A stretch of 64,000 bases of DNA from positions 321,520 through 385,519 of the forward strand of contig CAZCNP010000001.1 of the NCBI GenBank assembly GCA_964500725.1, read 5' to 3'. This DNA is from an uncultured Gammaproteobacteria bacterium (GTDB lineage Bacteria; Patescibacteriota; Microgenomatia; Daviesbacterales; UBA10151). Below the pieces are notes generated by a model, which was not told the origin of the DNA, did no database searches, and saw only the letters and a program-made list of their open reading frames with translations. The position numbers and the translations under genes are program-made. Of the stretch, positions 1-10,363 are shown one piece after another (within the stretch, counting starts at the first letter, position 1; every line of letters starts with the position of its first letter).

Positions 1-596
1 GCATCTAAAATGAAAGTACTAAACCTATCAAAATATATCTTAATACTCTCTACTATTAATAGGTACCTCAATAATTTAAATAATCCTCTGGCAAATCTTG
101 CCTGATAAATTATTAAGTATGTTAAAAGAAGAGTTGCAAAAAGTATTACTATAATAATCATGATAAACTTCATATTTAAAGTGGTAGGAACTACAAAAAA
201 CAACACTGCAGTTAATAACAAAACAACTAAAAAATCTACAAATCTATCCATAAATATCCAAATTACAGATTTACCTAAAGGCAGCTTATACTGAGTGTTC
301 AGATAAACCCCTTTTAATATCTCCCCAGCCCTGATAGGAATAAAAAAATTAAGTATCTGAGCAGCTCCGTTTAAAAAGATTAGATCTAACAGTTTAATTT
401 TAGTAATTTCTGTTAAAAAAACCTTTAACCTAACTGCCCTTATTAGCGGAGAAAGTAGCATAAATAAGAAAATAGGGACCAAATAAATTAAATTTACCTT
501 AGATAGATTAGAAATTATTTGGGGAATATCAACAAATCGGGACCAAATATAGATTAAAATAACACCTAAAACAGTGTTTAAAAGTATTTTGAGCAT
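1..596 (-). CDS. Lysylphosphatidylglycerol-synthase TM-region / UPF0104 flippase-like membrane protein (runs off window start)
   Basis: Manual minus-strand translation from ATG at 596: MLKILLNTVLGVILIYIWSRFVD...RAVRLK...LNFFIPIRAGE...IFMDRFVD. The N-x-x-x-P-x-R-x-G-E and DR motifs are typical of the family. Confidence 0.75.
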   Translation of the reverse strand, partial: MLKILLNTVLGVILIYIWSRFVDIPQIISNLSKVNLIYLVPIFLFMLLSPLIRAVRLKVFLTEITKIKLLDLIFLNGAAQILNFFIPIRAGEILKGVYLNTQYKLPLGKSVIWIFMDRFVDFLVVLLLTAVLFFVVPTTLNMKFIMIIIVILFATLLLTYLIIYQARFARGLFKLLRYLLIVESIKIYFDRFSTFILD

Positions 597-644
597 AAGT
601 TATTGCCAACTCTCCTTATTAAATATACACTATTCATATAGATT

Positions 645-1538
645 ATGTTTTCTACTTTTAAACAAAGGTTAATTTTAGGAATTTATATTTTTATCCTACT
701 TTCTATTCCAGCAGGAGCTTTTCTGGTTTCCCAATACAGAACTACTGTCAAAAGCAGCGCTTTTGAACAAAAAGGTGTTAAACCTACCTTACAAATTCCC
801 CCAAAACCAGCAACCCCTTCAGCCAGACAATTACTAAATGCCTCACAACAAGCTGCTAACTCTACAGCTGGATCAACTACTGCTTCTTCTTCCGAGCCTT
901 CTCCTACCCCTGAAGGCTCATCCCCTACTATTGCCACCTCTTATGGCCCAACCTTATCCCTTAAAGTAGCCTTGGAAGGCAGAGCTGAAAATAATCAAAC
1001 TACTAAATTGTTTGTAGGTATTGCAGAAGGAGCTCTAACAGCTAACCCTAAATTTGTCTTAAGTTTTTCTGTGGATCTGCCTGCTTCAGGGCAATATTCT
1101 AATTTATCCTTGGCAGGGCTCACTGTAGGATCAAATTACACTGCTTTGGTAAAAGGAGCTGCTCAAATTGCCGGCTCTGCTGCCTTTACTATGGCTCCTA
1201 CAATTACAAACCTAAATGATGGCGTAGTGATTAATTTAACTTCAGGAGATTTAAATGAAGATAATGTCATAAACTCTACAGACTATACTATTGCCCAAAA
1301 AGCCATTGGCTCTACCTCAAAATCTGCAAATTGGAATGAGACTGCTGATATTAATAGAGATGGTATGGTAAATACTTTTGATTTAGGAATAATTTCTAAA
1401 AATATTGGCAAGACTGGGGATTCAGGAGCCTGGACTTCACCTATACCTAAAACCTCAACTCCTTCTGCAGGACTGGCTGCTCCTCCTATGGGTTCCCCTG
1501 ATGGCAGTGATGGCTACTGGCTCTGGCTACCCAAATAA
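645..1538 (+). CDS. Membrane-anchored secreted protein with C-terminal dockerin-type (duplicated EF-hand-like) domain
   Basis: N-terminal TM helix, S/T/P linker, then GDLNEDNVINSTDY and ADINRDGMVNTFDL duplicated Ca-binding motifs. Confidence 0.75.
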   Translation: MFSTFKQRLILGIYIFILLSIPAGAFLVSQYRTTVKSSAFEQKGVKPTLQIPPKPATPSARQLLNASQQAANSTAGSTTASSSEPSPTPEGSSPTIATSYGPTLSLKVALEGRAENNQTTKLFVGIAEGALTANPKFVLSFSVDLPASGQYSNLSLAGLTVGSNYTALVKGAAQIAGSAAFTMAPTITNLNDGVVINLTSGDLNEDNVINSTDYTIAQKAIGSTSKSANWNETADINRDGMVNTFDLGIISKNIGKTGDSGAWTSPIPKTSTPSAGLAAPPMGSPDGSDGYWLWLPK

Positions 1539-1559
1539 TCCTCATAGATCCCATAGGAC

Positions 1560-1588
1560 TTGACATAGTGATTTATATATGCTATCAT
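1560..1588 (+). promoter_or_regulatory. sigma70-type promoter
   Basis: TTGACA (1560-1565), 17 bp, TATCAT (1583-1588), just upstream of ATG 1602. Confidence 0.6.
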
Positions 1589-1601
1589 ACACACTTGTAT
1601 T

Positions 1602-2420
1602 ATGAAAATTATAAGTCTTTCTAACATTAGCAAAAAAGTTTTAGCCCTTAGTTTTATTGGGTTATCTATCTTATCCCCTCTTAATATTCTAGCCGTCGAA
1701 CAACCAGTTTCTGCTCCAATTACTATTCCAGTGCCTGTCCCACAACCCTCAACTACTCCCATCCCATCTTCTACCCCGATACCTACACCTTCTGCAACTC
1801 CATCCGCTACCCCCTCAGCTACCCCTACTCCAGTACCAGCCGCACCAGAGATGGTTTATCCAAGAAATGGTCAGACCTTAGATTTAGAAGGAGCATATAT
1901 GTTCAAAGTAAAACCTGTAGCAGGAGCCCGTGGTTATTTATTTGGTTTATTCCAAAATGGACAAATGGTATATGAAAATTATAGAGATACTAGACAATTA
2001 AATCCTAATGGAGAATTTGTCCTTACACAATCCAACCCTGCTCATGCCAAGTTTCATGCTGGTAACATGACACTTATGGTTAGAGCTCAAGTTAATGGCA
2101 AATGGACTGATGCACGCACAATTACTGTAACTTTAAAGCAACGGATTTTCTTACCTCAAATTACTACAACTTGGCCTGCTACACTAAAAGAAGGCAGATT
2201 CTTCGTCCTCACAGGTAACAATTTTGGCAATTCAGGCGGAGTCAAATTATACAAAAGCGGAGTTGCTTATAATGCTACAGTTTATTATTGGTCAAACAAT
2301 ACGATCTTTGCTGCTATCCCAGCTAACTTCTCTACGTACAGAACATACAACGTTGGCATACAAGTTAACACCCCAAATAACAAACAAAGTCCTATTGTAT
2401 ATCGCTCTGTAAGTAAATAA
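1602..2420 (+). CDS. Secreted protein with P/T/S linker and C-terminal IPT/TIG-like Ig domain
   Basis: Signal peptide, PSATPSAT repeats, then LTGNNFG...YYWSNNTI pattern of IPT/TIG domains. Confidence 0.6.
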   Translation: MKIISLSNISKKVLALSFIGLSILSPLNILAVEQPVSAPITIPVPVPQPSTTPIPSSTPIPTPSATPSATPSATPTPVPAAPEMVYPRNGQTLDLEGAYMFKVKPVAGARGYLFGLFQNGQMVYENYRDTRQLNPNGEFVLTQSNPAHAKFHAGNMTLMVRAQVNGKWTDARTITVTLKQRIFLPQITTTWPATLKEGRFFVLTGNNFGNSGGVKLYKSGVAYNATVYYWSNNTIFAAIPANFSTYRTYNVGIQVNTPNNKQSPIVYRSVSK

Positions 2421-2438
2421 TTGCTATAGTTAGTATCT

Positions 2439-3911
2439 ATGGCTTCTCTGTCCCGGACCAGTTGGTTGTTTGTATTTCTGGTTTTTGCCCTTCCTTTAGT
2501 TTTTTTCCCTTATACTTACCTTGCTTTTGAAATGCCAAAAGTCTTTTTATTGTATCTTTTTACAGTTTCCACCCCTTTTCTTTTACTCAAGTCAGGCTAC
2601 AGATTAGGCAATTTTAGTAAAGTTTACTTACTGTATTTGGTGTTCTTTGCTTGGATTATCTTGACCGCTGCCTTGGGCTTATCTTTTGGGCAAAGTTTTT
2701 TAGGCAGCTATTTTAGGTGGCAGGGAATAATAACCTGGATATGTTACTTTGTGTTATTTTTTATATCTGCCAAGTTATTTGAAAACCCTCATTTTAAAAA
2801 ATACACCTGTTACGCTATTTTAATAGCTAGCACTGTTACCGCACTGTTGGCTATCACTCAATTTGCTCTTTATTGGTTTGATGGGAATACCACCCAACTA
2901 CTATATAACCGCAGAGTAATATCCACCTTTGGCCAGCCTAACTTTTTAGGAGCCTACTTGGTCATGTCGCTTCCATTTACCTGGCTTTTACTCAAACAGG
3001 CCAACCTAAAGCAAAAGGGGTTAATAGGCTTGGGGCTAATTATTATAATTTTAGGCATCCTTTCTACTACCTCAAGAAGTGCTTATTTAGGCTTGATCTT
3101 TCTAGCTTTAATTTGGGGAATTTTTCATTACCGTCTGCTTCTTGCAGGCATTATTGCCTCAATAATACTTCTTACTATCTTAGCAAATCTTTTTCCTTTA
3201 CTAGTGTTCAATGAGTGGTATAGATTTAAGATTGATACTACCTCAAAATGGACAGCTGAAAACAGGCTCCTTATAGCCCAGAGATCAGTTCAATTAGTTC
3301 TACAAAAACCCCTTACTGGGTATGGTTTGGAGAATTTCTCCTTAGCCTTCCCTGCTGTTGTTAACAGTCAAGATTTAGGCTTGAAAGATATTGTGGTTGA
3401 TTCTTCTCATAACCTATTTTTGGACTTAGCAGTCCAATTAGGCCTGGTAGGATTAGGGCTATTTCTTGCTTCTGTCTCCTCTGCTTTAATAACTGGCTTA
3501 AAACGCCTCAAATCGGCAGATATAGAGTCTCAGCAACTTATCAAAGCAGCTATATGTGTAGTCATCACCTTCTTGAGCATGCACCAATTTTCTGTTGTTT
3601 CAGTTGTGCCAATGGTACTTTTTTGGGTCTCCTTAGGAATCATCACCGGACCAGCTTTAGCTTATCATGCAATCTCCAAATTAAGTAGAAATATTATAAG
3701 CCTTGCTGGGATCAGTTCCATAATAATTATATCTCTCCTTATTATTCAAACAATTAGGGCAGATATTTTATTTCGGGAAGCCAGTGCTTATGAAGTATCT
3801 GATATACATAGATCTATTAAGCTAGATAATGATGCAATTAAAATAGCCCCATGGATCTATTTTTATCAAGTTAGAAGAGATTTCCTCCTCAAGCAACTCG
3901 GGTATAATTAG
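2439..3911 (+). CDS. O-antigen ligase (Wzy_C) family membrane protein
   Basis: Many TM helices; FEMPK, STFGQPNFLG, TTSRSAYLG, GYGLENF and SSHNLFLD motifs. Confidence 0.85.
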   Translation: MASLSRTSWLFVFLVFALPLVFFPYTYLAFEMPKVFLLYLFTVSTPFLLLKSGYRLGNFSKVYLLYLVFFAWIILTAALGLSFGQSFLGSYFRWQGIITWICYFVLFFISAKLFENPHFKKYTCYAILIASTVTALLAITQFALYWFDGNTTQLLYNRRVISTFGQPNFLGAYLVMSLPFTWLLLKQANLKQKGLIGLGLIIIILGILSTTSRSAYLGLIFLALIWGIFHYRLLLAGIIASIILLTILANLFPLLVFNEWYRFKIDTTSKWTAENRLLIAQRSVQLVLQKPLTGYGLENFSLAFPAVVNSQDLGLKDIVVDSSHNLFLDLAVQLGLVGLGLFLASVSSALITGLKRLKSADIESQQLIKAAICVVITFLSMHQFSVVSVVPMVLFWVSLGIITGPALAYHAISKLSRNIISLAGISSIIIISLLIIQTIRADILFREASAYEVSDIHRSIKLDNDAIKIAPWIYFYQVRRDFLLKQLGYN

Positions 3912-4032
3912 CCATCACCTTCAATTTACTTATAACTTGCGTTATAGTCACTCTGTTCCTGTAAGTTTGACTTATAGGCCTAAATATAGTATAATAGTCC
4001 CTCCTATTTTTGTATTTTACTATAGGAAATAT

Positions 4033-4683
4033 ATGGCTATTAATCAAATAGAACTAGGCTCAGCTGCAATTGCGCATATGATAACCATGGCTTCTGGTGA
4101 AGCAATAGGGGTAGCTGCTGCATTAACTCATGAAAAAAGACCCTTATCAGCCGAGGAAAGACTTCGATTGCTTGGGTTCACCCTACCTGAAACAATAGAA
4201 CAAGGACATAACGGACTTAAAGGCCATCTGCAAATCGCAGGTAAACTTATGCAAAGAAATGGCAACGTAAAAGGATACTGGCATACATGCTGGCTAAACG
4301 AAGCTGTTGACATAAACCAAAAAGCAATCATACCCATAAGAAACCTAATCATAGATGGTCATTTTGACAGCAATCCACAAGCGGGAATAAATGCCATGCT
4401 TGCTTTAAACCCTGAACTTATTGGTCGCGCAAGAGCAATTGCCATGGGTATTCACAAAAAACTCCTTCCTAAGCCCCTTTTAGAAAATATTTCCCAAATT
4501 GTGCCAAATACTCAGAGATTACTTGATCTTGGTATCGAAAATTATGAGCAACTTCTTGTTTTAGATCAAACTTTAAGACTTCCACCAAACTATCCAATAG
4601 ATATTTACCATGGCTATAACGGAGATCCTATTCTGCTTATTGCAAAAAAACACCTCCCGGAAAACATGAAGCAAGCAGCCTAA
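4033..4683 (+). CDS. Hypothetical protein
   Basis: Open ORF. ATG 4033 is preceded by AGGA and preferred over the TTG at 3937. Confidence 0.55.
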   Translation: MAINQIELGSAAIAHMITMASGEAIGVAAALTHEKRPLSAEERLRLLGFTLPETIEQGHNGLKGHLQIAGKLMQRNGNVKGYWHTCWLNEAVDINQKAIIPIRNLIIDGHFDSNPQAGINAMLALNPELIGRARAIAMGIHKKLLPKPLLENISQIVPNTQRLLDLGIENYEQLLVLDQTLRLPPNYPIDIYHGYNGDPILLIAKKHLPENMKQAA

Positions 4684-4827
4684 AGCTTTAATTCCTCTTA
4701 CCTTAACTTATGCCGAAACTAAAAGACAGATAACCTCAGTTTAATCCTGCCAGGCTTTTCTGATATCTTGACAAGGTATATTATTTTAACTCATACTAGA
4801 ATTAGCAGATAGCAGACGGGCAATTTA

Positions 4828-7800
4828 ATGGTTAGCCCTAAAAAAACCTTTTTGGCTGTTGTAAGTCTTTTATTGGTTGTTATTTCTGTATTTCCTCAAC
4901 CTCTTTTTGCCTCCCAAAAACAATATTTTGACTATGGCCCTTACTATTCTACCTCTCAAGTCTTAGGTTTTTCCTTCTCCTCTTTAGAAAACCTGCCTGC
5001 TTTAAAAGTTCCTGATAATTTAATACCAGCAAAAGCCAGCGGTGTTTTGCCAGACAGTCCTTTTTATTTTTTTGAGAAAGTTGCTGAAAATACCCAACTA
5101 ACATTTACCTTTGATCCAGTTAAAAAAGAACAATTAAGAGTAAGTTTTGCTGCCGAAAGATTAACTGAAGCTAAAACTCTGATGGACCAAGGTAAAACAG
5201 GTCCAGCTTCCCAAGCTTTAAATGATTACAGCAGGACTTTAGATACACTTGCTCAAAACCTGCCAGCAATTGCCCAAAGAAATGATCCAGCCTCTCAGCA
5301 GTTACTGACTCAGGTAGAAAAAGTTACTGCTGATCAAGCGGTGGCAGCTACTGCCTTAAGTTTGACTTCCTCCCCTGCTCAAGCTGAAAACTGGACTGAG
5401 GCCCAAAATACTGCCAGGCAGGTCTTGGATAAAATTACTGAAAGCAAAGGCGAGAGCGCTATTCCACAAGATTTATCAACAAGCCTTCAGCAACTCAAAG
5501 AGCAGGGTTTAATCTCAGAAGAAGAAAGCGGTAAAATATACAGCTTAAAAAACCGCGGCGAGGTCCGGGAAGAATTAAACAAGTTAGCTTCCTCAGGAGG
5601 CATTCCTCCTTCAGAACTCCTTAAGCTAGATACATCTGTAGCTAAATACTACCCAGATGTTCAAAAACAGGAAATTGCTAATTGGCAGATAGTAGAACTT
5701 AGAAGTTATCAATCTTTACCACAACCTACTGAAGAAATTATAGAGCAGCTGGAAAAATGGCAAAATCAATCAAATATCCCCCCATCAAATGATATCAAAC
5801 CATATCTTTGGTATACTAGAGCTTCTGATTTAGCTCAAAAAGTAGACTTATCAAACTTTACCTCTGAGCAGCAAACTGAAGCAGTCAAGTCTTACCCTGC
5901 TATTGCTGCCAACCCTACCTATTCACCTCCTCCCAGCCCTACACCCACTCCTTCTCCTTCACCAGCAGCTGATAATACATCTCCAGTGCCTTCAGCCACA
6001 CCTTTATCCTCAGCTCCCCCAGCATCTCCGCCTCCTGTCCCGGTTGAACCATATTTGGAAGAAACCGTTGGAGCTTTGCCTGGCCAACCTACCTATATAT
6101 TAAAGCAGCTAGGTGAAGGTTTCAGTCTAGCTTTCACTTTTGATCCTGCTGAAAAAGCCAGGCTGCAAATGCAAGTGGCTGAACGCCGTCTAGCTGAAGC
6201 TGAAGCACTCTCCAGCGATCCTAAAAAAGCTAGTCTTTATGAGGCTACCCTGAAAAATTATCAACAGGCAGTAAATACTGCCTCAACTTTTGTTAAAGAA
6301 TTGAAGGATCCCAAAATTGCCAAACAGGCAGCAGAAAGGCTGGAATCCCAGTCTGCCAGGCATGAGGTAGTTTTTGAAAAAGGACTCCTGCCTGCCCCGG
6401 CTGAAAATCCCAATCTAATTTCAGATGTTATTAATGCTGCTGAAGATGCCATGGACAGAAGCGCTGATGTTTTGGATCGTCCTGCCTTGCCGCCGCAACT
6501 TGCATCCAGATTAGGCGATCTGAAAGCTCAGGGGTTGATTTTAGAAGAAGAAGCTGCAGATTTAGTCAAATCTGCTACTAGAGAAGAAGCGCGCAGTAAA
6601 ATCAGAAAACTGTTAGAAGCCCAAACTTTTCCTCTGGCTGATGCTAAAAAGCTGGATGAGGCCCAAAGTTTTGTCAACTCAACTGACTACAATCAACTAG
6701 TAGAGGTTAGAAAAGTTGAGGAACTGCAAAACTTAAGATCAGTACAAACAGATCTGGCCCAAACTCCCACACTCAAATCTCAAGCTACCAACTTAGCCCA
6801 AAAAGAAGCAGTTTTAACTAGCTCTTTTGATCCTGCCCTTATCAATAAAGAAGATCTGGCTGGCAAAGAGAACTTAGTTAAAACTTATGAAAAACTCTCA
6901 TCAATCCCCCGTCCGATTAACGGCGGACAGTTTGGGTCCGAGGCTACTCCAGGGGCCAAACCCGCAGCTACCCCCTTACCCCAAGATGCAGTTTTAACAG
7001 CTTGCCCTGAAGGTGCTGTTTTCAAGCAATATGAAGGCTGTGTGTGGGCTGACAGCGGTAAAAAGCTCAACGACTATGATCAGTACAAATGCGAAGGCCC
7101 CAGGCAGTATTATTCTTTTGCTGTAAGAAAATGTGTGGCTTATGATTCCTCTCAAGGCTATCAACAAGATGCCCAGCCTGTTTGTCCTGTAGGTTATCAA
7201 TGGAGTTGGCAAAATCAAAGCTGTCAAACTTCAACTGGAGGTATTTTACCTTGGCCCAGCCCTTCAGCCCAACCAGAACCTAAAGACGAAAAAGAAATAG
7301 AAGAAAGATCAAAAAGCTGTCCTGAAGGCTCTTCCTACAAACCTCCCCAGGGCTGTGTTTGGGATGATGATGGCAAATCAGTTTATGATTCTGAGCAGTA
7401 TCGCTGCAACGGACGTGGTCAATATTACTCTTTTGAACAAGGAAAATGTGTAGCTGCTCCTAAAGAGGGAGAGCCATATCCCAAAGATACCTCCCCTGCT
7501 TGTAAAGAACCTGACACTTATTGGAATTGGTCCCAAGGCAAATGTGTTAAAACTGTTGAGGCAGTCGCCGCTACTCCGCAAGCTATTAATATTGATGAAG
7601 TTAGGCCAAATTTTGCCACCCCTGGTAATCCTTTCTATTTCCTAAAACAAGCTGCTGAAAGAGTGCAAGAATTTACCGCCTTTACTCCTGAGGCTAGAGA
7701 ACAAGTCCGCGCATCTCAAGCCAAAGAAAGACTGGCTGAGGCTATTGATGCTTCAAAAAGAGAAGATGAAACAGGGATTAAAAATGCTTTATCCGCCTAT

Positions 7801-10344
7801 ACCTCTACCATGCAGAATCTGGTAAGCGATCTGTCTAAAGCTCAACTTTCTGATACTGCCAAAAATCAAATCAGCAAAAATTTAGCCCAAAGCTCTGTTG
7901 AACAAAACCTCCTGTTGCAAAAACTCCAAGCTTTGGCGGGAGCCGAACAAGATACTCCTATCAGCGCTGCAGTTTCAGCCACTATCTTAGGTGTAGATAA
8001 AGCAGCAGATATTGGCGGTGAGCCTCCTATTCCTGCTGATGTAAAAGAAAAAATTGAAGCCTTGCCAGAGAAAATGATCTCTGATGGTGACAAGAAAAAA
8101 CTTTTGGAGATGAAATCCCGGGTAGAAGCCAGACTCACTTTAGGAGGCTTGATAGCAAATGGCGCTTTAACACAAACTGATACTAATTTTCTAAATGAAG
8201 ATTTTGACAAGGTAGACCAAAATACCAAGATTAAGGTAGAAGAACTCAAAAAACTAGAAGAGATTGCAACTGCAACTGAAAGCAAGGATAAACTTGATGA
8301 AAAAATCAAAAAAAATGAAGATGTGGCCCAAAAATTACAAGAATTTGAAAAAACTTTTGAAGTTGGCCAGGAAGTTCCTGTGGAGATTAGACCTTATGTT
8401 AGACTCACCAGAATCAATGAGGTAACCCAGACTATCAGGCCTGACCTAGTCAGACTTAATGAGTTCCAAAACCGCAAAGATATACAGCTGGCTGTGGCTA
8501 CTTTACAAGAAGAGTTTAAACCAACAGCTGAAAACTTTGGAAAGATTGAAGAATTCCGAAGAAGAAACCCCTCCTCGCCTCTTCCTCCAGATCTAGCCAG
8601 GGTCGAGGCTCTATCTTACAATTTAGGAGTAAGGAGGGAAGCAGGACCATGTTTTCTACCCACTCCACCTTTTGCACCAAACACTCCTTGTCCAGCAGCT
8701 GGAGCAGCTATCCCTGTTACTTCATACTATAGCTTCGTCACGCTCTATGCACCAGAGGATCCAGGTTCTCTCAACCCTTCCATACCCTCCACTGACAAAG
8801 ATGGCAAACCTTTAGTTTACGGACAAGGGCCAAAACCCGCAAGTCCTGGAGTTTGTCCATCAGACTCTCATTGGATGTATGACAGCGGAGGCTGGTGTAT
8901 GTCCAACAGCGGCAACTATAGTTCATCTTACTCTTACACACCAACTGGCACTGGCGCAGGTTATACTCCTTACAGCTCTTATTACACTGCCCCAGGAGCG
9001 CCTCCAGCAACCTACGGCTATCCTGCAGCAGGAGGTAATTACAACTACTCTTCCTACAGCCCGCCAAGTTATTACGGCACTGCTCCCACTTATTACACCA
9101 CTAACCCTCCTGCTGGTACTGTGCCTGGTTCAGGACCAAAACCTACCTCACCTGGTCAATGTCCATCAGGGTACCATTGGATGAGTGATAGTGGTGGCTG
9201 GTGTATGGCTGATGGACCAACCTATGTACCAAGTGGTTCTTACCAAAGCTCTTATCCTGCAGGCGCTACCACCAGTGAAACTCCACCCTCAGGAGGCTAT
9301 AATTGTGGCAGCCAGCCATATGATCCTGTCACCAAAAGATGTAAAGACGGAGCTTGTCCAGGAGGATTTAATTGGGATGGTAGCAAATGTGTAGCAAGTA
9401 GTCCTTATTATTCCCCTAATTTAACTCAGTCAAGCTGCGGTCCTGGATATTACTGGGATGGTAGAGGTTGTATTCCCACCTATTCCGGAGGAAACAGCAA
9501 CGGAGGAAGTTACTCTAGCAGCGGAGGCGGGTATTCTCCCGGCTCATACCAGTATGGCTGTACTCCAGGATATTATTGGGATGGTAGTAAATGTGTGGCA
9601 GGCAGCAATGAAGGCTCAGGCTGGTCAGATACTGCTGCCCGATCCCAATCCTGGTGTCAACCTCCCTCAAACGGCTGTGGCTCTAACTCTTATTGGGATT
9701 ATGGCAGCTGTTATTGCCGAAGCTCAAGCACTTATTCTGGAGGTAGCGGTCCCTCACCCAGCAATCAATGTCAAGGTCTAAGCTGCGGTGGAGGTGCATG
9801 GTTAGATTACTCAACCTGTAGTTGTAAGTATTCAGGTGGTTCTGGAACTAGTTCTACAGGATCTACCATCACTTGTTATCCTCCTTCTGCAGGTTGTCCA
9901 GGCGGCTGGTATGACTATAGCAGTTGCAGCTGTAAAACCAGCTCCTATAGCACAGGTTCATCAGGCGGGACTTCTGGTGGATCATCTTCAGGCTCTTGCC
10001 CCTCAGGCTCTCATTGGATGAGTGAGAATGGCGGTTACTGTATGTCTGATGCTGAAAGAGATGCTGCTTCCACCGGCGGTTCTTCCGGCGGATCATCCTC
10101 TTCCGGCTCCTGTCCTTCAGGCTACCATTGGATGGATAACAGCTGGTGTATGCAAGATGGCAGCGGTAGCACCTCTACACCCGCACCTACTAGTACCAAC
10201 TCTACACCTACTCCAACCTCTCAACCTGAACAGCAACAGCAAACACCCCAACCTACTTCCCAACCTGAGCAACAGCAACAATCCACCCCCCAACCTGAGC
10301 AACAGCAGTCTACTCCTCAACCTGCATCCTCTCCTTCATCATAA
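4828..10344 (+). CDS. Large secreted protein with three DUF5667-like helical domains and Cys-rich repeats
   Basis: Signal peptide; three copies of (L/T)P(D/G)xP(F/T)YxxxxxxExxxLxFTF(D/T)PxxK...ERLxEA; many CPxGYxW...C repeats; Q/P/S/T tail. Confidence 0.75.
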   Translation: MVSPKKTFLAVVSLLLVVISVFPQPLFASQKQYFDYGPYYSTSQVLGFSFSSLENLPALKVPDNLIPAKASGVLPDSPFYFFEKVAENTQLTFTFDPVKKEQLRVSFAAERLTEAKTLMDQGKTGPASQALNDYSRTLDTLAQNLPAIAQRNDPASQQLLTQVEKVTADQAVAATALSLTSSPAQAENWTEAQNTARQVLDKITESKGESAIPQDLSTSLQQLKEQGLISEEESGKIYSLKNRGEVREELNKLASSGGIPPSELLKLDTSVAKYYPDVQKQEIANWQIVELRSYQSLPQPTEEIIEQLEKWQNQSNIPPSNDIKPYLWYTRASDLAQKVDLSNFTSEQQTEAVKSYPAIAANPTYSPPPSPTPTPSPSPAADNTSPVPSATPLSSAPPASPPPVPVEPYLEETVGALPGQPTYILKQLGEGFSLAFTFDPAEKARLQMQVAERRLAEAEALSSDPKKASLYEATLKNYQQAVNTASTFVKELKDPKIAKQAAERLESQSARHEVVFEKGLLPAPAENPNLISDVINAAEDAMDRSADVLDRPALPPQLASRLGDLKAQGLILEEEAADLVKSATREEARSKIRKLLEAQTFPLADAKKLDEAQSFVNSTDYNQLVEVRKVEELQNLRSVQTDLAQTPTLKSQATNLAQKEAVLTSSFDPALINKEDLAGKENLVKTYEKLSSIPRPINGGQFGSEATPGAKPAATPLPQDAVLTACPEGAVFKQYEGCVWADSGKKLNDYDQYKCEGPRQYYSFAVRKCVAYDSSQGYQQDAQPVCPVGYQWSWQNQSCQTSTGGILPWPSPSAQPEPKDEKEIEERSKSCPEGSSYKPPQGCVWDDDGKSVYDSEQYRCNGRGQYYSFEQGKCVAAPKEGEPYPKDTSPACKEPDTYWNWSQGKCVKTVEAVAATPQAINIDEVRPNFATPGNPFYFLKQAAERVQEFTAFTPEAREQVRASQAKERLAEAIDASKREDETGIKNALSAYTSTMQNLVSDLSKAQLSDTAKNQISKNLAQSSVEQNLLLQKLQALAGAEQDTPISAAVSATILGVDKAADIGGEPPIPADVKEKIEALPEKMISDGDKKKLLEMKSRVEARLTLGGLIANGALTQTDTNFLNEDFDKVDQNTKIKVEELKKLEEIATATESKDKLDEKIKKNEDVAQKLQEFEKTFEVGQEVPVEIRPYVRLTRINEVTQTIRPDLVRLNEFQNRKDIQLAVATLQEEFKPTAENFGKIEEFRRRNPSSPLPPDLARVEALSYNLGVRREAGPCFLPTPPFAPNTPCPAAGAAIPVTSYYSFVTLYAPEDPGSLNPSIPSTDKDGKPLVYGQGPKPASPGVCPSDSHWMYDSGGWCMSNSGNYSSSYSYTPTGTGAGYTPYSSYYTAPGAPPATYGYPAAGGNYNYSSYSPPSYYGTAPTYYTTNPPAGTVPGSGPKPTSPGQCPSGYHWMSDSGGWCMADGPTYVPSGSYQSSYPAGATTSETPPSGGYNCGSQPYDPVTKRCKDGACPGGFNWDGSKCVASSPYYSPNLTQSSCGPGYYWDGRGCIPTYSGGNSNGGSYSSSGGGYSPGSYQYGCTPGYYWDGSKCVAGSNEGSGWSDTAARSQSWCQPPSNGCGSNSYWDYGSCYCRSSSTYSGGSGPSPSNQCQGLSCGGGAWLDYSTCSCKYSGGSGTSSTGSTITCYPPSAGCPGGWYDYSSCSCKTSSYSTGSSGGTSGGSSSGSCPSGSHWMSENGGYCMSDAERDAASTGGSSGGSSSSGSCPSGYHWMDNSWCMQDGSGSTSTPAPTSTNSTPTPTSQPEQQQQTPQPTSQPEQQQQSTPQPEQQQSTPQPASSPSS

Positions 10345-10363
10345 TTTGTGATAGTATAAATTT

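Noticed and set aside
3937-4032. N-terminal extension of the ORF ending at 4683
   Set aside because: The region contains a TTGACT...TATAAT-like promoter and AGGA before ATG 4033, so it is probably non-coding
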